Shown here: positions 19,743 to 26,650 of the stretch, in pieces
How the letters are laid out: the number at the start of each line of letters is the position of its first letter
Position numbering within the stretch: position 1 is the stretch's first letter
Assembly: GCF_003367075.2 (NCBI RefSeq)
Contig: NZ_CP065936.1
Coordinates: 1,080,001 to 1,112,000, forward strand
From: Cylindrospermopsis raciborskii Cr2010
GTDB lineage: Bacteria; Cyanobacteriota; Cyanobacteriia; Cyanobacteriales; Nostocaceae
Length of the DNA stretch: 32,000 nt
Direction: 5' to 3'
The notes under the pieces: model-generated
What the model was told of the DNA's origin: nothing
The model's input: only the letters and a program-made list of their open reading frames with translations
Database searches by the model: none
Translations under genes and position numbers: made by a program

Positions 19743-20528
19743 ATGTTAGAAAAAATCAATGTTGGTGATCAAGATATTCTGTATCACCTAAAAATATCTT
19801 GTCAAATGCCCAACATATTAGATGCGATCGCCAGTAGGAAAATAGTGACACAGACAGCGATGAAAGAAGATATTCAGATAACCACAGCGGAACTACAGCA
19901 AGCAGCGGACAATCTGAGATTAGCCAATAACCTAGTCAAAGCAGAAGACACCTGGGCCTGGTTAAAGAAACACTATTTATCCCTAGATAACTTTGAAGAA
20001 ATTGCCTACACCAACCTACTATCTGCCAAATTGGCTAATCATTTATTTGCAGACCAAGTGGAATCATTTTTTTATGCTCATCAACTGGAATACATTGCAG
20101 CAGCAATTTATGAAGTCATATTAGATGATGAAGATTTAGCCCTAGAAATATTTTATGCCCTGCAGGAAGGGGAAATTAGCTTTCATGAAGTAGCTCGTCA
20201 ATATATTCAAAATCCAGAACTCCGTAGAGCAGGGGGATATCAAGGTATGCGTGAGCGAAAAGATTTCAGACCAGAAATTGCTGCGGCCATTTTTGCTGCT
20301 AATCCTCCACAAATCCTCAAACCCATCACCACACCTCAAGGAGTGCGTATCATCATGGTAGAAGAGATTATTCAACCCCAGTTGAATGAACAGATACGTC
20401 TGAGAATTATAGGAGATTTATTTACAAATTGGTTGAGACAACAAATAAGTACCCTAGAAATCGAAGTTAATTTAGGAGCTAAATACAATCTACCTCTGTC
20501 TCCACTTATCATCACTCAGACTAGTTAA
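19743..20528 (+). CDS. Parvulin (PpiC)-like peptidyl-prolyl isomerase-fold protein, possibly non-catalytic
   Basis: The C-terminal half reads ...EISFHEVARQYIQNPELRRAGGYQGMRERKDFRPEIAAAIFAA.PPQILKPITTPQGVRIIMVEE, which follows the rotamase pattern F..lA..yS....GG.lG.....f...f.......P..t..G.hii. It is the third gene of the exporter operon. Confidence 0.6.
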   Translation: MLEKINVGDQDILYHLKISCQMPNILDAIASRKIVTQTAMKEDIQITTAELQQAADNLRLANNLVKAEDTWAWLKKHYLSLDNFEEIAYTNLLSAKLANHLFADQVESFFYAHQLEYIAAAIYEVILDDEDLALEIFYALQEGEISFHEVARQYIQNPELRRAGGYQGMRERKDFRPEIAAAIFAANPPQILKPITTPQGVRIIMVEEIIQPQLNEQIRLRIIGDLFTNWLRQQISTLEIEVNLGAKYNLPLSPLIITQTS

Positions 20529-20550
20529 AATGTACTAACATATCCACAGA

Positions 20551-20706
20551 GTTTCAACCTTCCCATGCGGGGATGGAGAACGTAGGTTGGGTTGAAGTAT
20601 GAAACCCAACACCCAGATGGGTCTCGTTACTCGACCCATCCTACAAATAATTGTGTCTCCCTACTTAACACCAAAGTTTCAACCTCCCCATCCGGGGATG
20701 GAGAAG
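20551..20706 (+). repeat. Two 31-nt direct repeats (GTTTCAACCTYCCCATSCGGGGATGGAGAAS) bracketing MITE-like element copy 2 (20577-20667)
   Basis: The repeats at 20551-20581 and 20676-20706 match at 28 of 31 positions. Each contains a small CCCC/GGGG hairpin. The interior matches the 15356-15431 element with a roughly 15-20-nt insertion. Confidence 0.7.
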
Positions 20707-20729
20707 TTGAGAAACCAACAAACTCAAGT

Positions 20730-23700
20730 TTAAGAAAGAGCAAAAACCGCATCATTGAAATCATTGTTGGAATATTGGGTAGCGGTAGCGGGTAAATCCT
20801 CAAATCCATAGACTCCATTACCATAGGAACGGAGATGGGGAGATTTATCGGGATTAGCTGACCCAAAGCTAAAATAGGCTACAGGTTCCTGTACGAATCT
20901 AGGTGCATTATTGAACTCATTATCTACTTCCGTAGCAACAAGGTCTCGCACATGTTTAGGTGCATTGGCAAACCGGTTTACGTCTCCGTTTTCAGCAGCG
21001 ACGAAATCTTCTACTCCCTGTTGTAAATTGGGGAAGTAAGTTCCACAGTTAGCAATCACAAAAGGAGCATAAAACTTATTACCTTGAAGTGACACACCAG
21101 ACCCTAATTGTGTAGCGGTGCTGGGAATATCGCTATTACCTGCTTGTACTATGAAGTCCTTGACTCTAGCAGTGGTGAGAGCATAAAACGCATAATCGCT
21201 ATCTCCCGGTTTTAAGACCCCTTTCTCAGTATTAATTTCTCCTTGAGCATTCAAGACCTCGTATAGTCCAAATAAGTGGTTAAAATTGGACTTTGTTCCA
21301 TTTTGGACACCGGTAACTTCATTAGACATGGATAGTCTATTTGTGTCTAAAGACAGATTTCCTCCCCCATTGGTGCTGAAAACCAAACCCGTGGATATAT
21401 TCACGTTGGGTGCGTAATCAATAATAGGGGTGAGGGTGCGATCGTCATTGGTAATTGTTCCTGTGACTACACTGGTGGTGTCAATGTTGTAACCAGTGCC
21501 AGGAGCCAAAGTTAACTCCACTGTTTCATCCCCTTCTACTGTGGTGTCAGCTATGGGGTCAATAGTAACTGTAGCGGTGGATGACCCAGCAGCAAAAGTG
21601 ACAGTCTTTGTGGTTCCTGCACTGATAATCCCTGTGTAATCCGTGTCTAGGGTAGCTGTTCCCCCAATGGTGTAGTTTACAGCTAGAGTGTTAGTGATGG
21701 AACCAGTGCGGGTGAAGGTGTAGATTAGGTTATTATTTCCATCTTCTGTAACGGTGGTAGGGGAGACAGCTAGGTTGACCTGGGTGACTTGGGTATCATC
21801 ATTGATAATAACACCACTGGCAATATAGTTCAAAGAACTTATTCCTCCACTATAATCCACGCTGTAGTCCCAAGCTGTTCCTTGAACATTACCAGTAATT
21901 ATCACTTTGACCTGGTCTCCAGCTTTTAATTTGACTGAATTCAGGTCTAAAGATCCCTCTCCAGAGACAAATCCATTAGTTTGGTTTTGCAACACATTAT
22001 TGACAAGTATCTCCGCTTTATCTGGAATAGCGTACATATTATAGTTCAGCTTAAAGATACCATCTCCTGATGAAATATTGTAAAACTTCTCGGTTACCCC
22101 ATAACCACCTGAAGCTGACTCTCGGATATTAGTTCCGACAGAGGATGTACCCAAAACTGCTCCTATGGGGTTGGAGAGGGTAACTGTAAACCCTTCATCC
22201 GGTTCAAATGTGGTGTCTCCTGACACGTTCACTGTGATGATTTGACTGGTTTCACCTGCTGCAAAACTGACCATACCACTTGGTAGTGTTCCACCAAAAT
22301 CCGTAACATCTGCTTGGTTAGTGCTAGACCCTGTTACTGCCCAATTAGCACTGCTACTGCCAGTAGTATCTCCACTGCGGGTAACAGTAAAAGTAAAGGC
22401 TTTTGTACCTAAGTTCCCTTCCGTTTGAATGGCATTGGTAGGGGCGATCGCCAGTCCAGGAGCAACAACAACATCATCGTTTTGGATAGTTCCTACAGCA
22501 GTAGCAGTGGTAATGGTAGCATTGGTCGGGTTGGAGAGGGTAACTGTAAACCCTTCATCTGGTTCAACAGTGGTGTCTCCTAACACATCTACTATGATAG
22601 TTTTACTAGTTTCACCTGCTGTAAAATTCACTGTACCAGTTGGCAGGGTTCCACCAAAATCCGTGACATCTGCTGGGTTAGTGCCAGACCCGGTTACTGC
22701 CCAATTAGCACTGCTACTGCCAGTAGTATCTCCACTGCGGGTAACAGTAAAAGTAAAGGCTTTTGTGCCTATATTTCCTTCCGTTTGAATGGCATTGGTA
22801 GGGGCGATCGCCAGTCCAGGAGCAACAACAACATCATCGTTTTGGATAGTTCCTACAGCAGTAGCAGTGGTAATGGTAGCATTGGTCGGGTTGGAGAGGG
22901 TAACTGTAAACCCTTCATCCGGTTCAACAGTGGTGTCTCCTAACACATCTACTATGATAGTTTTACTAGTTTCACCTGCTGTAAAATTCACTGTACCAGT
23001 TGGCAGGGTTCCACCAAAATCCGTGACATCTGCTTGGTTAGTGCCAAATCCAGTAACTGCCCAATTAGCACTGCTGCTACTAGTGGTATCTCCACTGCGG
23101 GTAACAGTAAAGGGAAAAGCTTTTGTACCTGAGTTCCCTTCCGTTTGAGTGGCGCCGGTAGATGCGATCGCCAGTCCAGGAGCAACAACAACATCATCGT
23201 TTTGGATAGTTCCTACAGCAGTTGCAGTGGTAATAGTTGCCCCACCAGTGGCATTAGAGAGGGTAACCGTAAAGACATCCACGCTGGGGAAATCACCATC
23301 CACTTCAGGGGTAGTGTCTCCTTGCACATTCACTGTGATCACTTTACTAGTTTCATTTCCTACAAAGTTAACTCTTCCCGAGGGAAAAACACCTCCCACA
23401 AAGTCATCCCCAATAGCGGATTCCATCCCATCTATAACAGCTGTAAGTACGGGACTTTGTACTGTATAATCAACACTGACTGGAGTTAAGATATAGCCAC
23501 TCCGGTTGACAATAAATGTGAATGCCTTGCTACCACTATCTCCCTCAGGTTGGTTAGCATTTTCAGGAGCGATCGCCAATGTGGGAACATCATCTTCTAA
23601 CTTAGTGATAAAGACATCAAAAGATCCACTATTATTTTGTCCATCCAGGTTGCTATCAGTTATCCCACCTAAATAGATCGAGCCATCTTTTCCCGTGGTT

Positions 23701-25313
23701 AGGGTGGTTGGATAATTACTACCAGTCAACAAGGGGGGACTTTTCCAGATTTGATCACCGTTCGTACTGTACTTGGTGATAAAGCTCTCAGATGCTTGAA
23801 ATCCAAGGTAAGAATTAGGGTCAAGCTGGATATCTGGAGAAACCCCCAGATAAATGGAGTTATCATTCCCAATGCTTAAAGATCCTAGATCATCTCCACT
23901 AGTACCTATTAGCTTTGTCCAAACTTTACTTCCATCTGAACTGTACTTGCTAATAAATACATCTGATAAACCGCTATTAGGTTGCCCATCTAAATTTCCA
24001 CCGCTCGTACCACTAACATAGATAAATCCGCTACTATCTGTAGCTAACCCCGATGGTGTTTCATCTTCAATTGTTCCTAATACCCTCGTCCAAATCCGGT
24101 TGCCATTTGGATCATATTTACTGACAAATACATCTGTCGCTCCATTGTAGTTTTCTCCATCCAATTTCCACTCAGTATAACCTGTGACATAAATTGATTG
24201 GTCACTGCCGACAGTTAAAGCAATAGCCTCTTCATTACCACTAAGTGTTCCTAGTAACTTTGTCCAAATCTTAGTACCACTTGAGTCATATTTACTAACA
24301 AAAGCATCGGAAAGTAACTGACCACCTACACTAGTTTGGGTTGGGTCAATAGTGCTTCCTGAGATATATATGGAACTATCACTGCCAGCAACCACTGCAT
24401 AGGCAATATTTAGACTACCAGTATTTATATCTACCAACTGGGTCCAAACTTCATTGCCATCTGGATCATATTTTCTAATAAACGCTCCCAAACCGGTGCT
24501 ATTCTGACCACCAAGGTTCCCTCCTGTAACCCCAGCTACATAGATAAATCCATCACCAGATATGGTTACTGCATCAGCAATGTCACCTGCAACAGTACCA
24601 AATTGTTTTTTCCAAACATTTGTGCCATTGTCGTCGTATTTGGCAATAAAAGCGTCTTGAAGTCCCCTATTGCTTCCATCCAGATTGCCCTCCGTGAAAC
24701 CAACTATGTAGAGGGATCCGTCAGTTCCCACAGTTAAGTCCACACCAAAATCAATACCGCTGGTTCCTAATAAACGTGTCCAAGCTACTACGGGCAAGAT
24801 TGAACCATTCTTTTCTACTTCTACTGTTTTGCCATCAATGGTTACTGATGCTAGATCTTCTTCTGCTTTTAACCGACTAATCTCATCCTTATTTAATCCT
24901 TCACCCTGCACCAATGCAGCAAAAATCGCCCCTTCATCTCCGGGACTATCCACTGTATTAATATAAGCATCTACATAATGCCCTATTTCTTCTATAAGCA
25001 CCTTGCTAACTAAACCTAAAGTGCCCTTCTCTATTAACTTGCTAGACAGATAAATCCTATTCTCACTTGACGAGTAGGCACCATTACCATCGCCTAGAAT
25101 ACCGCCATCTACAATCTCCATTTGCGGTAACTGACTAAAATCCCCTTTTTGCCACTGTAACCTCAGTATTTGGGCATTTTCTCTGTTATATTCCGTACCA
25201 AACGCCGTATCCAACACTTGCCAAAAGTCACCTGACAAAGAAAAAACCCACAGCTGGTGCAATGCACTATTTAAGCCCTGATTAGTTATTTTCGCCACGA
25301 CCAAAAACCTCAC
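20730..25313 (-). CDS. Giant secreted/surface-type protein: conserved N-terminal module, 6-7 SBBP-like beta-propeller blades, about 5 Calx-beta domains and a DUF4114-like C-terminus
   Basis: Blade motif D[AV]F[IV][SA]KY[DS]..G...W is repeated. Calx-beta-like 120-aa units are present (LAIAP..A.QTEGN.GTKAFTFTVTRSGDTT....ANWAVTG...DFGG..P.G.V.F.AGETSK.I.V.V.GD...EPDEGF.V.LSNP). The C-terminus reads YGFEDL......NDFNDAVFALS. The start is uncertain. The ORF track extends to 25421, but residues upstream of about 25330 are encoded by the IS terminal repeat. GTG 25313, TTG 25304 and GTG 25298 are the first candidates in native sequence. Confidence 0.8.
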   Translation of the reverse strand: MRFLVVAKITNQGLNSALHQLWVFSLSGDFWQVLDTAFGTEYNRENAQILRLQWQKGDFSQLPQMEIVDGGILGDGNGAYSSSENRIYLSSKLIEKGTLGLVSKVLIEEIGHYVDAYINTVDSPGDEGAIFAALVQGEGLNKDEISRLKAEEDLASVTIDGKTVEVEKNGSILPVVAWTRLLGTSGIDFGVDLTVGTDGSLYIVGFTEGNLDGSNRGLQDAFIAKYDDNGTNVWKKQFGTVAGDIADAVTISGDGFIYVAGVTGGNLGGQNSTGLGAFIRKYDPDGNEVWTQLVDINTGSLNIAYAVVAGSDSSIYISGSTIDPTQTSVGGQLLSDAFVSKYDSSGTKIWTKLLGTLSGNEEAIALTVGSDQSIYVTGYTEWKLDGENYNGATDVFVSKYDPNGNRIWTRVLGTIEDETPSGLATDSSGFIYVSGTSGGNLDGQPNSGLSDVFISKYSSDGSKVWTKLIGTSGDDLGSLSIGNDNSIYLGVSPDIQLDPNSYLGFQASESFITKYSTNGDQIWKSPPLLTGSNYPTTLTTGKDGSIYLGGITDSNLDGQNNSGSFDVFITKLEDDVPTLAIAPENANQPEGDSGSKAFTFIVNRSGYILTPVSVDYTVQSPVLTAVIDGMESAIGDDFVGGVFPSGRVNFVGNETSKVITVNVQGDTTPEVDGDFPSVDVFTVTLSNATGGATITTATAVGTIQNDDVVVAPGLAIASTGATQTEGNSGTKAFPFTVTRSGDTTSSSSANWAVTGFGTNQADVTDFGGTLPTGTVNFTAGETSKTIIVDVLGDTTVEPDEGFTVTLSNPTNATITTATAVGTIQNDDVVVAPGLAIAPTNAIQTEGNIGTKAFTFTVTRSGDTTGSSSANWAVTGSGTNPADVTDFGGTLPTGTVNFTAGETSKTIIVDVLGDTTVEPDEGFTVTLSNPTNATITTATAVGTIQNDDVVVAPGLAIAPTNAIQTEGNLGTKAFTFTVTRSGDTTGSSSANWAVTGSSTNQADVTDFGGTLPSGMVSFAAGETSQIITVNVSGDTTFEPDEGFTVTLSNPIGAVLGTSSVGTNIRESASGGYGVTEKFYNISSGDGIFKLNYNMYAIPDKAEILVNNVLQNQTNGFVSGEGSLDLNSVKLKAGDQVKVIITGNVQGTAWDYSVDYSGGISSLNYIASGVIINDDTQVTQVNLAVSPTTVTEDGNNNLIYTFTRTGSITNTLAVNYTIGGTATLDTDYTGIISAGTTKTVTFAAGSSTATVTIDPIADTTVEGDETVELTLAPGTGYNIDTTSVVTGTITNDDRTLTPIIDYAPNVNISTGLVFSTNGGGNLSLDTNRLSMSNEVTGVQNGTKSNFNHLFGLYEVLNAQGEINTEKGVLKPGDSDYAFYALTTARVKDFIVQAGNSDIPSTATQLGSGVSLQGNKFYAPFVIANCGTYFPNLQQGVEDFVAAENGDVNRFANAPKHVRDLVATEVDNEFNNAPRFVQEPVAYFSFGSANPDKSPHLRSYGNGVYGFEDLPATATQYSNNDFNDAVFALS
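22150..23230. repeat. Three tandem, near-identical 360-bp (120-codon) repeats inside the giant gene (Calx-beta units)
   Basis: The landmark gtaacagtaaaagtaaaggcttttgt recurs at 22381 and 22741, and diverged at 23101, giving an exact 360-bp period. The plus-strand shadow ORFs 22429-22788 and 22789-23148 differ at only 5 of 119 residues. Confidence 0.9.
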
Positions 25314-25330
25314 ACAATTGTTTTTAAAAA

Positions 25331-26344
25331 TAGAGCTGTTGGGAAATAAAAGCATATTTCCGGATGACAGAACTTCCCCCATCCCGATTGAATTTATGCT
25401 GCATCTAAATAGAAGTTCCATAGCCCTGCACTGACCAACATCAATTGATCATCAAAATCGGTCACACGATTCCTATATACAGAATGTACACAGTTATATC
25501 TCTTAATTCCAGAGTGAGCGTGCTCACACACAACTCGCTGACGACTGAGTTCTCGATTCTCCTCCTTTTGCTGCTGTGTTAACTCCTTACCTTTCGGTTT
25601 CTTGTGTGGTAAATGGACATTGACAAATTCTTTCTCCAACCCATGAAAACCCAAATCTCCCTCTATTGCTACTTCATCAGGAATGTATTGCACTATCTCT
25701 GATTCATGGAGTAGCCGTTTGTCATGCACTTTACCTGCTCTGGTTTTCGTCAGAATAATCACTCGTTTCTCCCTTGTGCTGACTGTAATCTGCTTGCATG
25801 TATGCCGCTTTTTCTTGCCAGAGTAATACTCTTTTTGGCGTTCTCGGTTTTGAGGACGCTGGACTGGACGCTCCGTACCATCCACAATCACCTCCTTCAC
25901 ATCTGGAAACCTTTTGGTGAATTCCTGCTCCTGAGTTTGCGTGCTGGCAAAACTTGCTTTTCTCCTAAAGTGGTTTCTAGCACAGACAGTAGTCGATGTA
26001 CCCAATCATGAGCACAGGAGCGGTCAAAGTTGAACAACACACTCAGCAAGTCAAACGTCGGATAACATTTGCAGTACAGCAGGATATAAAATAGTTTTTC
26101 CTCTATACTTCTGAGTGTAGGCTTGCGTCCGCCCCCGGGCGCACGTTTGCGGTTTGCTAAGGAGTTGAACACGGTGCGTTCATAGGTATCAGCAAACTGA
26201 GATAACAGCTCGTTGAATGCTTGGCGGTTAAGTCCAGTCATTGCTCGTAGCAGTCGCTCTTGATTCAGGACGCGGTCTAACTTCAACATTAATGTCACCC
26301 TACTTGTCTGCTTGATTATTATCCCTTATTTTCCAACAACTCTA
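25331..26344 (-). mobile_element. IS element of about 1.0 kb, IS5-family / Harbinger-like (HTH_Tnp_4 + DDE_Tnp_4 type), with imperfect terminal inverted repeats
   Basis: IR at 25331-25349 (TAGAGCTGTTGGGAAATAA) matches the reverse complement of 26326-26344 (TAGAGTTGTTGGAAAATAA) at 17 of 19 positions. TA dinucleotides at both junctions may be a target duplication. The element encloses the transposase reading frames. Confidence 0.8.
25394..26298 (-). pseudogene. IS5/Harbinger-type DDE transposase split into two frames (133-aa HTH part and 203-aa DDE part)
   Basis: ORF A (26298-25897) ends ...LGEKQVLPARKLRSRNSPKGFQM*. ORF B continues in the -1 frame with ...QEFTKRFPDVKEVIVDGTERPVQRP...YSGKKKRHT...HDKRL...VVCEHAHSGIKRY. 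Family members that I recall are single ORFs, so a 1-nt indel near 25930-25945 is implied. Confidence 0.75.
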
Positions 26345-26512
26345 ATATTTGGTTAACAGTAGCAATCCTAACAGGGATTATAACATATCTATCTCAAATA
26401 AAACAATGAGCATGTTACAAAATGTTACAAATCCCATATCCTCCGTTTGGGTTGCATCAGTTTGAAATCAGTGATTTTTTATCACGCAGCATTACATGTA
26501 ATTAATAGAGCT

Positions 26513-26541
26513 GTTGGGTTTCGTTCCTCAACCCAACCTAC
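26513..26541 (-). repeat. Solitary REP hairpin in inverted orientation, abutted by a 13-nt match to the IS terminal repeat (26506-26518)
   Basis: GTTGGGTTTCGTTCCTCAACCCAACCTAC is the reverse complement of the REP consensus. TAGAGCTGTTGGG at 26506-26518 is identical to the first 13 nt of the IS left IR. Confidence 0.7.
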
Positions 26542-26650
26542 ATTCCAAATTTAGAATTGCTGACTAAATGGCATTTCCAGTCCACCGATTGTACTATAAT
26601 TCCTATATCCTTACCAAAACCCAACTGGATGTATAAACAAAAGTTACGCC

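Noticed and set aside
20592-20866. Small ORFs on both strands (67 aa plus strand, 79 aa minus strand) in the convergent intergenic region
   Set aside because: Both read straight through the REP/MITE and the 31-nt direct repeats (for example ...VGWVE). The 79-aa minus-strand ORF also overlaps the 3' end of the giant gene in another frame. These are typical spurious repeat-encoded ORFs.
22429-23489. Plus-strand ORFs of 106-119 aa (MALVGAIASPGATTTSS...) appearing as tandem 'genes'
   Set aside because: They are antisense shadow frames of the Calx-beta repeats in the minus-strand giant gene. Their periodic identity simply mirrors the 360-bp repeat.
25314-25421. The N-terminal extension of the giant protein given by the ORF track (start at 25421)
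   Set aside because: Codons upstream of about 25330 are encoded by the IS terminal inverted repeat and IS interior, and overlap the transposase frame. I treat them as fortuitous read-through. However, the in-frame ATGs could be used (see findings).
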